A stretch of 59,159 nt of DNA, the filler included. It is 4 parts of 4 records of this genome, joined end to end, with 100 filler letters (N's around TTAATTAATTAA, not from the genome) between each part and the next. Parts side by side here need not be neighbours in the genome. Positions count along the whole stretch, not along the records: positions 1 to 14,827 come from SRR22947727_3388; 3 more parts are not named here. One strand, written 5' to 3'. A model generated the notes under the pieces. It did not search any database, was not told the origin of the DNA, and saw only the letters and a program-made list of their open reading frames with translations. Below, piece after piece: positions 1 to 10,569 of this stretch. The number at the start of each line of letters is the position of its first letter. Position 1 is the first letter of the stretch. Both the position numbers and the translations under genes were made by a program.

Positions 1-746
1 AGTACCGGAATACCATGGGCCCGCGCCGCTGCAATTGATCCGGCCATAGCGGCAATTTCCCGTCCACCGAGAGCCTGCAAAACAGACAGCGGATCATGCA
101 ATACCTCAGCATGACGAGCCAATCCTGCCTCCACCACGGAACATTTTTTGGCCAAACCGGCATCATCCACCCCGGTGCCGCGCCCAACCCAATCTTGAAC
201 CGCGCCCCCCAGCAAAGCCGCGGCAATCGCCGCAGCCGGCGTTGTATTGCCGATGCCCATTTCGCCAGCCACAAATAGATCGGCCTGCGGATCCACCGCC
301 AGCCAGCCGGTTTGCAAAGCGGACAGCAAGTCGGACTCGGTCATTGCTGGCCCCTGGGTGAAATCTTGCGTTGGCCGGTCCAGCTCCAATGCAACCACGT
401 CCATTTTTGCGCCAAAGGTCTTGGAGATCTGGTTGATCGCCGCGCCACCGGCTTGGAAGTTATAGACCATTTGCTGTGTCACCTCCGGCGGAAATGCCGA
501 GACGCCAGCGGCCGCAACCCCATGGTTTCCAGCGAAAATCACAACCTGGGGCGCGTCAATGCGGGGCCGCGCCTGTCCGGACCAACGGGCGTACCAAATC
601 GCCAAATCCTCCAAATCGCCCAAAGCACCGGGCGGTTTTGTCAACTGTGCATTGCGCTCAGTCGCCGCCTGCCCGGCACTGTCATCGGCCGCAGGCAGAT
701 TACTCATAAAGTCACGAAACTCAGCTACCGAAGAAATGTCACGCAT
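1..746 (-). CDS. cobT: Nicotinate-nucleotide--dimethylbenzimidazole phosphoribosyltransferase (3'-truncated at window edge; not in ORF track)
   Basis: Manual minus-strand translation from ATG 746: [10 protein letters not shown]...[13 protein letters not shown]...VIFAGNHGV...[23 protein letters not shown], the classic CobT motifs; divergent from cobS. Confidence 0.92.
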   Translation of the reverse strand, partial: MRDISSVAEFRDFMSNLPAADDSAGQAATERNAQLTKPPGALGDLEDLAIWYARWSGQARPRIDAPQVVIFAGNHGVAAAGVSAFPPEVTQQMVYNFQAGGAAINQISKTFGAKMDVVALELDRPTQDFTQGPAMTESDLLSALQTGWLAVDPQADLFVAGEMGIGNTTPAAAIAAALLGGAVQDWVGRGTGVDDAGLAKKCSVVEAGLARHAEVLHDPLSVLQALGGREIAAMAGSIAAARAHGIPV

Positions 747-829
747 AGTTCATGTAAATCCGTTGATTGCAGTTGATCCTGTGTCTACCGAAGCGCAGAA
801 TAAGCCGATGCGACGAAAGGACCCGCTTA

Positions 830-1582
830 ATGTCTAACTCCGACACATGGTTTCCAAAATGGGGCGACATCCCCGCCGCGATCGGCCTGCTCAGCCGCTT
901 GCCTGTACGCGTTGACACGCAGCAGGCACAAGCCCGCGGCGCTCATCCAAGTTGGGCCTATGGTCTGGCCGGGGCCCTCTTGGGCGCGCTGGCCGCTTTG
1001 GCCGCCTGGGCCGGGCTCGTGTTGGGCCTGCCGAGCCTTGCCATCGGCCTGCTTGTGGTCGGCACGACAGCATGGGTCACAGGTGCCATGCATTATGACG
1101 GGCTGGCCGATAGTTTGGACGGGCTTTGGGGGGGCTGGAGCCCAAAGCAGCGGCTGGACATCATGAAAGACAGCCATATTGGCGTCTATGGCGTCGTTGG
1201 ACTGACCTGCATCTTGGGCCTGCAAGCCGCGCTATATGGCCAGCTGGCGGCGCAGAGCCTTTGGCCCATCCTTGGCGTTATGGCCCTGTCGCGGGCCATG
1301 ATGGTGCCGCTGATGACCGCGCTGCCCAATGCCCGCGGGACGGGATTATCCTCCAGCGTTGGCCGCCCCGCCCCGCAAACTGCCAGCCTAGCCCTTGCGC
1401 TTGGGGCGGCGGTTGCGGCCTTGAGCGGCGCTTGGCCTGCCTTGGTCGGGGCGCCTCTTGGCGCTTGGGCCGTCGCCATCGTCGCGAAGCGCAAAATTGG
1501 TGGGCAGACGGGTGATATTTTAGGGGCTTGTCAGCAATGCGCCGAAACCTGCGCCTTGATCTGTCTCGTCGCCTTCCTTTGA
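830..1582 (+). CDS. cobS: Adenosylcobinamide-GDP ribazoletransferase (cobalamin synthase)
   Basis: Hydrophobic protein with TGAMHYDGLADSLDG, IMKDSHIGVYG and IGGQTGDILGA motifs; start placed at ATG 830. Confidence 0.92.
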   Translation: MSNSDTWFPKWGDIPAAIGLLSRLPVRVDTQQAQARGAHPSWAYGLAGALLGALAALAAWAGLVLGLPSLAIGLLVVGTTAWVTGAMHYDGLADSLDGLWGGWSPKQRLDIMKDSHIGVYGVVGLTCILGLQAALYGQLAAQSLWPILGVMALSRAMMVPLMTALPNARGTGLSSSVGRPAPQTASLALALGAAVAALSGAWPALVGAPLGAWAVAIVAKRKIGGQTGDILGACQQCAETCALICLVAFL

Positions 1583-1652
1583 GGCCACCTCAGCTAACAT
1601 GGCCCGGGCCGATCCTATTAATCTATTGCGCGAGTGTCGTGTCACACCCGCT

Positions 1653-2171
1653 CTAGCTGGCGGCCGGAACCACACGCGACATCAGCACATCGGTAATTTC
1701 TTGCCCGGCTGTTGATTCTTCAGCCCCGTTCACCACGGCAATTTCGCGTGTGAGACGCTCAAGTGCGGCTTCATAAAGCTGGCGTTCTGAATAGCTTTGC
1801 TCGCGCTGGTCATCGGTGCGGTGCAAATCACGCACCACCTCAGCAATTGCGATCAAATCACCGGAATTGATCTTTTGCTCATATTCCTGCGCTCTGCGGG
1901 ACCACATAGCGCGTTTCACCTTGGCTTTACCGCGTAGGATTGCCATGGCATGGGCCACGACATCGTGCGTTGCCAATGGGCGCATTCCCACTTCAATCGC
2001 CTTATGAGTTGGCACGCGCAGGGTCATCTTGTCTTTGTCAAAAGCCACAACGAATAACTCAAGAGTGATGCCCGCAACCTCTTGCTCATCAACCGCAGTG
2101 ACCTTGCCAACCCCATGGGCTGGATAGACCACATACTCATCAATACGGAAATCAAGTTTCTTCTTACTCAT
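1653..2171 (-). CDS. carD: CarD family RNA polymerase-binding transcription factor
   Basis: VVYPAHGVG, WSRRAQEYEQKINSGD, IAEVVRDL, SYSERQLYE. Confidence 0.95.
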   Translation of the reverse strand: MSKKKLDFRIDEYVVYPAHGVGKVTAVDEQEVAGITLELFVVAFDKDKMTLRVPTHKAIEVGMRPLATHDVVAHAMAILRGKAKVKRAMWSRRAQEYEQKINSGDLIAIAEVVRDLHRTDDQREQSYSERQLYEAALERLTREIAVVNGAEESTAGQEITDVLMSRVVPAAS

Positions 2172-2323
2172 CTTCGTCCTTTCACGCCGAAGCACCGGTA
2201 AACCTGCTGTAAGGAACCAGCCTTAAGGTCAGATTACAGAGGATGCGCTTGGCGCTGTGTTAAAACAGCTGTTCATCTGAATGTAGCATATCATATTTTG
2301 AGCGATTGTTAAAGCCGGGCTAT

Positions 2324-2662
2324 TTACCCGCCAGTTCCGGCCGCTTCAGAGAAATATTTCTCCAACTTGCCCTCTTCGCCGTCGCGGGCGTCCGCGTCTG
2401 GAAGCTCGTCTTTTTTAGTAATGATCACAGGCCAGGCCTCGGAATACTTCCGGTTGAAATCCACCCATTTTTCCATATCCGGCTCAGTGTCCGGACGAAT
2501 AGCATCGGCGGGACACTCAGGTTCACAAACACCGCAATCAATACATTCATCAGGATGTATAACCAACATATTTTCACCCTCGTAGAAGCAATCTACCGGG
2601 CAGACCTCAACGCAGTCTGTGTATTTACAGGCGATGCAATTATCTGTGACAACATATGTCAT
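2324..2662 (-). CDS. fdxA: 7Fe ferredoxin FdxA
   Basis: [26 protein letters not shown]...[12 protein letters not shown]. Confidence 0.96.
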   Translation of the reverse strand: MTYVVTDNCIACKYTDCVEVCPVDCFYEGENMLVIHPDECIDCGVCEPECPADAIRPDTEPDMEKWVDFNRKYSEAWPVIITKKDELPDADARDGEEGKLEKYFSEAAGTGG

Positions 2663-2730
2663 AATCGTGTTTCCTTTGACTTCAACCTGCGCATAAACCG
2701 CAAGCTGCTCTTTGGCAAGTTACGCGCGGC

Positions 2731-3108
2731 TTAGTTCTCTTCAAGTTCTTGCTTAAATTTTTGAATGGCCCGGCGCTCGCGCGCCGTCGGGCGGTGATCG
2801 GCCTTGGGGCTGGCGGTGAAGGCGGGTTTGGGTGCAGGGGGCGCCAAATCGAGATACAGGGCTTGGGCCTCTGGAGCGGGGCCGCGCCGCGTGCCGAGTG
2901 CGCGCACTTCAATCACCCTTGTGTCCAATGCTTTTGGGAAGGTCAGCACATCGCCGACGCTGATCATTCGCGCCGGCTTGAAGATCAGCTCGCCATTCAG
3001 GCGCAGCTTACCCGATTGCACCAGCTTTGTGGCCAGGCTCCGCGTCTTAAAAAACCGGGCCTGCCAGAGCCATTTGTCAATTCGAAGACCCAGTTTTGCC
3101 TCACTCAC
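2731..3108 (-). CDS. hslR: S4-domain RNA-binding protein, Hsp15/HslR family
   Basis: LRIDKWLWQARFFKTRSLA, RRGPAPEAQALY, RPTARERR; GTG start overlaps the helicase stop. Confidence 0.85.
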   Translation of the reverse strand: MSEAKLGLRIDKWLWQARFFKTRSLATKLVQSGKLRLNGELIFKPARMISVGDVLTFPKALDTRVIEVRALGTRRGPAPEAQALYLDLAPPAPKPAFTASPKADHRPTARERRAIQKFKQELEEN

Positions 3109-5912
3109 TTTTTGTTAAATCCCATCAAGGCTGCGGCAAAGGGGTTGTCTGGATCAATCGGCTTGTCGCGTTTGGGGGGGCGAGCTTGGAAGCGCTCCGC
3201 CTTGCCCGAAGTGCCGCCTGGCTTTGCCCCTTTGCCCTTCGGTGCACGCTCTTGCTTGGGCTTACTACGTGGTTTTTGGCCTTTGCGTGGCCCATCCGCC
3301 GCACGCTCCACACGTTTCGCGCCCCATGCGAAGGTATAAAACACCTCCATTTCCACAGGCGCCGCCTCCTTGGTGGCATCTTCGCCCTCTGAGGTGGGTG
3401 CCTCGGGCTCTGCTGCTGGGATCTCTGCGGTGGGCGCATCGTCTGGGGCGGTCTCAACCGCCTCCGGCATCCCGTCGCCTGAAACTTCCGCATCACTGGC
3501 AGGCCCCGAAGCCACCGGTTCTGCCGCGGGCGCTTTCACCTTGACCCGCTCCGCCTTTTCCGCGCGATACCCTAGGCCCTGCATCAAATTGGCAAATTGC
3601 TCCAACGTCATGCCCGTGATCGACAACATATCCGCCGTGGCTTCAAATCCACCACGCGTGTCCTGAGTGCGCAGCATATCTGCAAGGCGTTCAGCCATAT
3701 CGACACGCAAAGCCCGTTCGCCAGCGGCGCGATACCCAGATTTCAAATGATATCCCGCAGGCTTTGTCTCATCGGTCGGCACAGTCACCAGACCCGGCGG
3801 CGGCGCCTCGGGAAATTCTTGCAGGCCAGAGGCCAAAGACCAAAGCAATAACCGCAAGCGCGTTGGCGCGGGTTTGAGCAACAACGGCATGAAGATGGTA
3901 AACTGACCAAATCGGATGCCATGCTTGCGCAAAGCACTGCGGGCCTCTTGATCCAAGGATTTCACGTCCTCGCCCACATCCGCCCGGTCTAAAACACCCA
4001 GCCCTTCGATCATCTGAAACGCAAAGCCGCGCGCCATGCCCGTGAGGCTTTCGTCGCGCTGCATATTGATCAATGGCTCAAATAAAGTGGCTATTTTACG
4101 ATCAATGAAATGCTGCAGACGTCGCGTTACCTTCTCAGCCACTTCTGGTCCGGCCTCGACATCGACAAAGGCCTGCACATGCGGTTTGAGCGCATTTGAG
4201 CCGGGAATCAGCTTGCCCACCGCCGAGCTGCCCCACATCAGGCCGCCTTGTTCGGTGAAATCAATTTCCGTATCTGGCGCATTATACATCCGATCAGCCC
4301 GAAGGTGGAACTCGGGGGCCAAGGCTTGAAGACTTGCGCTGCGGAGCGTCTTGGCCTCATCGGGGGACGCGCTGGCATCTTGCCGAAATTGAAATCCCTC
4401 AAGCCGCCCAACAAACTGCTCTTCTACTGTTACTTCGCCATCTTTATTCACGTCGGCCACAAGGCTCTCCTTCTGTTTCAATCGCCGCATCAAAACAGAT
4501 GTGCGCCGATCGACAAATCTTTGGGTCAGCGCGATATGCAGCGCGTCTGACAAGCGGTCTTCTACAGCACGGGTCGCTTCGCGCCAATGTTCATGATCTT
4601 GGGCCCAGTCTTTGCGTTGTGCAACATAGGTCCATGTGCGGATATAGGCTAACCTTTTTGACAGGGCGTCAATGTCACCCTTGGTATTATCTAAACTATT
4701 TATGCTCCGCGCGAGCCAATCTTGCGGAATTTGGCCCTTTTCATGCAAATAGTTGTAAATAACACCCAGAAGCTCGGCATGTTGCCGGTTTGAGATGCTT
4801 CGAAAATCAGGGATTCGGCAGACGTCCCAGAGCAGCGCAACCGAGGCGCCATCGCTTGCGCGCGCCGCAACCTCTGCATCTTGCACCAAAGTCTTAAGCG
4901 CAGCCAAATCGCAGCTTTCGCGCACACGGGTCAGCCATTCATTGCTGGTATGTTGTTCCAGCGCAGAGATCAGCGCTTTGGTGGAGCCAAATTGCAGCTT
5001 GGCATTGCGCCAATATAGCTTGGTCAAAGGCGCAAACCGATTTTCGGTAATGGCCTCAACCAATTCATCGTGCAAAGGCGCAGCTTCACCGGTCACGCCG
5101 AAGCTGCCGTTATTCATATGTCGTCCAGCACGGCCTGCGATTTGCGCCAGTTCAGTTGGCAAAAGCGGTCGCATGCGGTTGCCATCAAATTTCGATGTCG
5201 CTGAAAACGCCACATGATTCACATCCAAATTGAGCCCCATGCCAATGGCATCGGTGGCCACAAGGTAATCCACATCGCCGTTTTGATACATTTCAACCTG
5301 CGCATTGCGCGTCCGCGGGCTCAAAGCCCCCATGACCACCGCCGCCCCGCCCTTTTGGCGCCGCAGCAGTTCGGCAATTCCATAGACATTATCAACGCTA
5401 AACGAGACAATGGCAGAGCGTTCCGGCATGCGGCTGATTTTCTTTTGCCCGCTGTAGCTCAGCTCGGAAAACCTCTCCCGATGCATAAAATCCGCAGTCG
5501 GAACCAAAGCCGCAATGGCCTTTCGCATGGTCTCTGCACCCAAAAAGAGCGTTTCATGCAAGCCGCGCGCGCGCAGCAGGCGATCCGTGAACACATGACC
5601 GCGCTCAGGATCGGCGCAGAGTTGGATCTCATCTACCGCGAGAAAGTCACAGCCCATACCCTCGGGCATGGCCTCAACGGTACAGACCCAATATTTCGCG
5701 CGCGGCGGCACAATGCGCTCCTCGCCGGTCACCAAAGCCACAACAGACGGCCCCCGAAGCGCTACGATTTTGTCATAAACCTCGCGTGCCAGCAATCGCA
5801 GGGGCAATCCCATGATTCCCGTACGATGCCCCAGCATCCGTTCAATGGCATAATGGGTTTTGCCCGTGTTGGTCGGGCCTAAAACGGCCACAATTCGGTT
5901 ATTTGGAGCCAT
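3105..5912 (-). CDS. SUV3-like SF2 helicase (MgpS-like) with low-complexity C-terminal tail
   Basis: GPTNTGKT, PLRLLARE, DEIQ, ATDAIGMGLN and QIAGRAGR motifs of the SUV3 family. Confidence 0.88.
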   Translation of the reverse strand: MAPNNRIVAVLGPTNTGKTHYAIERMLGHRTGIMGLPLRLLAREVYDKIVALRGPSVVALVTGEERIVPPRAKYWVCTVEAMPEGMGCDFLAVDEIQLCADPERGHVFTDRLLRARGLHETLFLGAETMRKAIAALVPTADFMHRERFSELSYSGQKKISRMPERSAIVSFSVDNVYGIAELLRRQKGGAAVVMGALSPRTRNAQVEMYQNGDVDYLVATDAIGMGLNLDVNHVAFSATSKFDGNRMRPLLPTELAQIAGRAGRHMNNGSFGVTGEAAPLHDELVEAITENRFAPLTKLYWRNAKLQFGSTKALISALEQHTSNEWLTRVRESCDLAALKTLVQDAEVAARASDGASVALLWDVCRIPDFRSISNRQHAELLGVIYNYLHEKGQIPQDWLARSINSLDNTKGDIDALSKRLAYIRTWTYVAQRKDWAQDHEHWREATRAVEDRLSDALHIALTQRFVDRRTSVLMRRLKQKESLVADVNKDGEVTVEEQFVGRLEGFQFRQDASASPDEAKTLRSASLQALAPEFHLRADRMYNAPDTEIDFTEQGGLMWGSSAVGKLIPGSNALKPHVQAFVDVEAGPEVAEKVTRRLQHFIDRKIATLFEPLINMQRDESLTGMARGFAFQMIEGLGVLDRADVGEDVKSLDQEARSALRKHGIRFGQFTIFMPLLLKPAPTRLRLLLWSLASGLQEFPEAPPPGLVTVPTDETKPAGYHLKSGYRAAGERALRVDMAERLADMLRTQDTRGGFEATADMLSITGMTLEQFANLMQGLGYRAEKAERVKVKAPAAEPVASGPASDAEVSGDGMPEAVETAPDDAPTAEIPAAEPEAPTSEGEDATKEAAPVEMEVFYTFAWGAKRVERAADGPRKGQKPRSKPKQERAPKGKGAKPGGTSGKAERFQARPPKRDKPIDPDNPFAAALMGFNKK

Positions 5913-5931
5913 TGGCCAATCCCTTAAGGGG

Positions 5932-6492
5932 TTACAGGGCTTGCCCTAGGGTTTTTGCTTCAAGTCGCGTGCGCGCCTTGGATAGAATTTCAGCATGAGG
6001 ATGTATAGCCTCAATTCGTCGCAGGATCTCAAAAGCCTCCTGATAAAGCCCAGCATCATCGAAAATCAGCACCAGCCCTTCAAGCGCCTGAAAATGGCGT
6101 GGCTCCAGTGCTAAGGTGCGTTCGAGAGCGGCCAAAGCAGGGCCTATTTTACCCATGTTGAAGAGGGTCACCGCGCTAAGATTCCAGCCCTCAGCAAATT
6201 CTGGCGCATGATCTGTTAGGGCTGTCAAATACCCCATGGCCGCTTTCTGATCGCCTGCATCAATGGCAATCTTCGCCCGCGACAGCAGCAAATCAGCCGC
6301 TGCAGATCCGCTTTTCGACCATTCCTGCCGGATTTTCGCCTCCAAAGCCGGCGCATCAGCGGCGTCCACATTTTTTAAACGCTCAAACAATGGGTCCAAC
6401 AGCGCCGATTGTCCCGCCGCCATCCCGGTTGCCGCCACAAATAGGCAGGTTGCCGCCACGATTGATTTGAGTTTCCAAACAACACTGGTCAT
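5932..6492 (-). CDS. Exported tetratricopeptide-repeat protein
   Basis: N-terminal signal-like segment; helical TPR pattern (APEFAEGWN...ALERTLALEPRHFQAL). Confidence 0.75.
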   Translation of the reverse strand: MTSVVWKLKSIVAATCLFVAATGMAAGQSALLDPLFERLKNVDAADAPALEAKIRQEWSKSGSAAADLLLSRAKIAIDAGDQKAAMGYLTALTDHAPEFAEGWNLSAVTLFNMGKIGPALAALERTLALEPRHFQALEGLVLIFDDAGLYQEAFEILRRIEAIHPHAEILSKARTRLEAKTLGQAL

Positions 6493-6565
6493 AAGTCAGA
6501 TGTAGCACAGTTTTTCGGGGTTTCAGCCCCTCGCTGTAAAATAAAATGATTAAGGAACCTGTTGT

Positions 6566-6856
6566 ATGAGCGAAATTTTGAACCAAGCCCGTGATGTTTT
6601 AACGCAGAAGCTGGACGGCGGCGTTTTTGATGGCTCTGCAAAGTTTTCAATTGCCGGTGAAGGCGCTTTAATCCTGGACAACCAAGGGGTGCGAATTTCT
6701 GATGATCCGGCAGATGTGACCCTTTCGGCCACGGCAGACGTCTTTGAGGATATTCTTGCCGGCACGCAAAACCCAACCTCGGCTTTCATGAGCGGCAAGC
6801 TCTCGGTCGAGGGAGATATGGGTTTGGCCTTGCGACTGGCAGGTGTTTTGAGCTGA
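6566..6856 (+). CDS. SCP2 sterol/lipid-binding domain protein
   Basis: 96 aa with ADVTL...NPTSAFMSGKLSVEGDMGLA signature. Confidence 0.88.
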   Translation: MSEILNQARDVLTQKLDGGVFDGSAKFSIAGEGALILDNQGVRISDDPADVTLSATADVFEDILAGTQNPTSAFMSGKLSVEGDMGLALRLAGVLS

Positions 6857-7803
6857 TGCTCAGCCCTGCGCCGCTTGCGAATGATCTGGCGCGCGGCCCG
6901 GCGGAAGCTTCAGGCCATTGGGTGCAAACGCCAGACGGGCTGCGCTTGCGTCTTGGGGTTTGGAGGCAAGGGGCCAAAGGGACGGTCCTGATATTTCCCG
7001 GGCGCACTGAATATATCGAAAAATACGGCGGCGCCGCAGCTGCCCTTGCCGAGGCCGGTTACACCTCCCTGGCCATAGACTGGCGCGGCCAGGGCCTGTC
7101 AGATCGGCTGGTGCCAGATCGCTCGATTGGGCATGTGGACAGATTTTCTGACTATCAGCGGGACGTGCAAACTCTTCTGGCCGCAGCCAAATCCTTAGAC
7201 CTGCCCAAACCGTATTTTCTGCTGGCCCACTCAATGGGTGGCTGCATTGGGTTGCGGGCGCTTTTGCAAGGCTTGCCCGTGCAGGCGGTCAGTTTCTCCG
7301 CACCTATGTGGGGAATTTTGTTTCACCCTCCCGCGAAGCGCGCCTTGGCCTGGGGGTTATCCAGCCTCCTGCACCCGTTCAAATTGGCTGAGATGCGCGC
7401 GCCGGGAACCTCTGTTGGATCCTATCTACAGGAGGTTTCATTTGAGGAAAATCAGTTGAGCTGTGATCGGCAAATGTTTGAAATGATGCGGCATCAACTG
7501 CAAGAGCTTCCCGATTGCGCCCTTGGCGGCCCGAGCCTACGCTGGCTCAATGAGGCCCTGCGCGAGATGTTATCGCTGCACCGCTACCGCGCGCCTAATT
7601 ATCCCGCCCTATGCTTTGTCGGTGGACTGGAGACCATTGTCGACCCAAGGCGCATTCAGCAGCGTATGGCCCATTGGCCCGAAGCCAGCCTAAAGGTCAT
7701 GCCCCAGGCCAAACATGAATTCATGATGGAACGCCCCGAAATCCGTAAGGCGTTTTACCGCGAAACCATCGCCCATTTTGATCGGCATCACCCAAGCGCA
7801 TGA
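6856..7803 (+). CDS. Alpha/beta hydrolase, lysophospholipase L2 (PldB)-like
   Basis: PGRTEYIEKY, DWRGQGLS, AHSMGG nucleophile elbow, KHE; TGATG coupling to the SCP2 gene. Confidence 0.85.
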   Translation: MLSPAPLANDLARGPAEASGHWVQTPDGLRLRLGVWRQGAKGTVLIFPGRTEYIEKYGGAAAALAEAGYTSLAIDWRGQGLSDRLVPDRSIGHVDRFSDYQRDVQTLLAAAKSLDLPKPYFLLAHSMGGCIGLRALLQGLPVQAVSFSAPMWGILFHPPAKRALAWGLSSLLHPFKLAEMRAPGTSVGSYLQEVSFEENQLSCDRQMFEMMRHQLQELPDCALGGPSLRWLNEALREMLSLHRYRAPNYPALCFVGGLETIVDPRRIQQRMAHWPEASLKVMPQAKHEFMMERPEIRKAFYRETIAHFDRHHPSA

Positions 7804-8552
7804 ATGCCCTCCGCATCGGTATTGGCCCCAGACTTCATCCAACCCTGCTCAGATCCGATAAAGAACATATGCGCCCCAAATTGCGCCCAATCTGCCGCTT
7901 TCGCAGCATTGGGCACAAAGGTCATATAGGCCTTGCCCGACGCCTCCGCCGCCGCGCCGCACCGCGCTAAGGCCGCGCGCAATTGCTCAGAATTGGTGTC
8001 GCTATAGCCCATTGAAACGCTCATATCCGAAGGCCCCAGAAACAAGCCATCCACACCCGGGGTTGCGGCAATCTGCTCGACATTCTCCAGCGCCTCGGGC
8101 TCTTCAATCTGGGCAATCACAACAGTTTGACGTGCCGATTGCGCCAACACTTCCGCCATATTTTGCCTGCCATACCCGGCCCAACGCGTGGCGCCAGCAA
8201 ATCCGCGGCCGCCTGGGCCAAAATGCGCCGCGCGCACCAAATCCTTGGCCTGCTCTGCCGTGATGATATGCGGTGCCACCACGCCAACCGCGCCCATATC
8301 CAAAACCTGCAACACGGTTTGCGGTGCAAAATGCGTCACCCGCACCAGCACCGGAAAATCCAAGGCCCGCGCGACCGCCAAACAAGCATCGGTGCGCGCG
8401 CGGTCAAAGGGACTATGCTCCATATCGATGCAGATAAAATCTAGCTCCGAAGTTGCCAGAACCTCCACCAACTCATAGGCTGGCGTTTTCAAAAATGTCC
8501 CAGCCATCATATCGCGATTTGCCATGCGGGATTTAAAATTCTCGATGCGCAT
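7788..8552 (-). CDS. HpcH/HpaI aldolase family protein
   Basis: IDMEHSP, LDMGAVGV, AQIEE, GVDGLFLGPSDMS. Confidence 0.88.
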   Translation of the reverse strand: MRIENFKSRMANRDMMAGTFLKTPAYELVEVLATSELDFICIDMEHSPFDRARTDACLAVARALDFPVLVRVTHFAPQTVLQVLDMGAVGVVAPHIITAEQAKDLVRAAHFGPGGRGFAGATRWAGYGRQNMAEVLAQSARQTVVIAQIEEPEALENVEQIAATPGVDGLFLGPSDMSVSMGYSDTNSEQLRAALARCGAAAEASGKAYMTFVPNAAKAADWAQFGAHMFFIGSEQGWMKSGANTDAEGIHALG

Positions 8553-8739
8553 AAGTTCTCCAATTCTAGCAACAGTCAAAGCAGAGCATGAAGCGCGGGG
8601 AAATTCAATTTGAATTGCAGGCGCCTAAAGTGGCTTTCCTCTCGGCCCGAAAAACATTAGGTAAGGGACGAGATACCGAATATTATTGCTGCTCAAAATT
8701 GGGCGTTTTTGAGCCAGCTGACCGAACAATACAGCCCTG

Positions 8740-10569
8740 ATGGACCAATTCATGCTAAATGACACCCGCGTATTTGAGGCCAATTCACAAGGCGGCGGAG
8801 CCTTTGGAGACTTGCCAGAATGGGATCTCAGCGATCTTTATGCCTCCGAGGACGCAGCAGAGCTGCAGGCCGATCTGACATGGCTTAAACAGTCTTGTAT
8901 AGACTTTTCCAATGATTATGAAGGAAAGCTCGCGCAGCTCAATGCGGATGAAATGCTCAAAGCGGTTGAGCGCTATGAGGCCATCGATATTATTGCCGGC
9001 CGGATCATGTCTTTTGCGGGTTTGCGGTATTACCAGCTGACATCGGACCCCGAGCGGGCGAAATTCATGTCAGATATGCAAGACAAGCTGACAGAGCATA
9101 CGACAAAATTGGTTTTCTACGGGTTAGAATTCAATCGATTGGAAGAAGAAGCCCTTTCGAAATTGCTCGCGCAAAATGCGGCCCTGGCGCGTTATAAGCC
9201 GGTGTTTGACCGCATGCGCGCCATGAAGCCCTACCAGCTTTCGGACGAGATGGAGAGGTTCCTGCATGATCAATCGGTGGTCGGGGCAGCTGCGTGGAAC
9301 CGCTTGTTTGACGAAACTGTCGCCAGCCTGGTTTTTACCATTGATGGGGAGGATCTACCGCTCGAGGCTGCGGCCAATAAATTATCCGAACAAGACCGAG
9401 ACACGCGTGAGGCGGCAGCCCGCGAAATCGCGCGCGTATTGCGCGAAAACACCAGCCTGTTTGCTCGGGTACACAACACGCTGGCCAAAGAAAAAGAGAT
9501 CGAAGACCGCTGGCGGAAAATGCCAACACCGCAAACCGGGCGGCACTTGTCCAACCATGTGGAAGCCGAGGTTGTGGAAGCTCTGCGCAATGCGGTCGTG
9601 GCCGCCTACCCCAAATTATCGCATCGATACTATGCACTCAAAGCCAAATGGCTTGGTCTTGAGACAATGCAGATCTGGGATCGGAATGCCCCGCTCCCAA
9701 TTGAAGATGACAAGCTGGTCGATTGGACCGCAGCGCAAGAGATGGTGCTATCCGCCTATGCCGAATTTTCGCCAGAGATGGCCGAGATTGCCAAACCGTT
9801 TTTTACCAAAGGCTGGATCGATGCGGCGGTTAAGCCAGGTAAGGCACCCGGCGCCTTCGCGCATCCGACCGTCACCACCGTACATCCCTATGTGATGCTC
9901 AACTACCTGGGCAAGCCGCGCGACGTGATGACGCTGGCCCATGAATTGGGTCATGGGGTGCATCAGGTTTTGGCCGCCCAGCAAGGCGAGCTGCTGTCCT
10001 CAACGCCGCTCACCTTAGCAGAGACAGCTTCCGTTTTTGGCGAAATGTTGACCTTCCGCAAACTTTTGGCCGCCGCAAAAACCCCGCAAGAGCGTAAAGT
10101 GCTTTTGGCCGGCAAAGTCGAGGATATGATCAACACCGTGGTGCGCCAAATCGCGTTTTATGACTTTGAGTGCAAGCTGCACGCTGCCCGCGGCGAGGGG
10201 GAGCTTACGCCAGATCAGATCAATGCAATTTGGATGAGCGTGCAGGGTGAGAGCTTAGGGCCGGTGTTTGAATTCATGGATGGTTATGAGACCTTCTGGT
10301 CCTACATCCCGCATTTCGTGCATTCCCCTTTCTATGTATATGCCTACGCCTTTGGCGACGGCTTGGTAAACGCACTCTATGCGGTCTATGAAGAGGGCGA
10401 TCCGGAGTTTCAGGCCAAATATTTCGACATGCTGCGGGCCGGTGGCTCAAAGCACCACACAGAGCTGCTCGCGCCCTTTGGTTTAGACGCCAGTGACCCC
10501 AAATTTTGGGACAAGGGACTCAGCATGATCTCCGCGATGATTGATGAGCTGGAAGCGATGGAGGATTAA
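8740..10569 (+). CDS. pepF: M3B oligoendopeptidase F family peptidase
   Basis: LPEWDLSDLY, TLAHELGHGVH zinc motif, AETASVFGE, PFYVYAYAFG. Confidence 0.92.
   Translation: MDQFMLNDTRVFEANSQGGGAFGDLPEWDLSDLYASEDAAELQADLTWLKQSCIDFSNDYEGKLAQLNADEMLKAVERYEAIDIIAGRIMSFAGLRYYQLTSDPERAKFMSDMQDKLTEHTTKLVFYGLEFNRLEEEALSKLLAQNAALARYKPVFDRMRAMKPYQLSDEMERFLHDQSVVGAAAWNRLFDETVASLVFTIDGEDLPLEAAANKLSEQDRDTREAAAREIARVLRENTSLFARVHNTLAKEKEIEDRWRKMPTPQTGRHLSNHVEAEVVEALRNAVVAAYPKLSHRYYALKAKWLGLETMQIWDRNAPLPIEDDKLVDWTAAQEMVLSAYAEFSPEMAEIAKPFFTKGWIDAAVKPGKAPGAFAHPTVTTVHPYVMLNYLGKPRDVMTLAHELGHGVHQVLAAQQGELLSSTPLTLAETASVFGEMLTFRKLLAAAKTPQERKVLLAGKVEDMINTVVRQIAFYDFECKLHAARGEGELTPDQINAIWMSVQGESLGPVFEFMDGYETFWSYIPHFVHSPFYVYAYAFGDGLVNALYAVYEEGDPEFQAKYFDMLRAGGSKHHTELLAPFGLDASDPKFWDKGLSMISAMIDELEAMED

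Noticed and set aside
96..837. Several plus-strand ORFs in the track
   Set aside because: Shadows of the minus-strand cobT, which the track missed because it runs off the window
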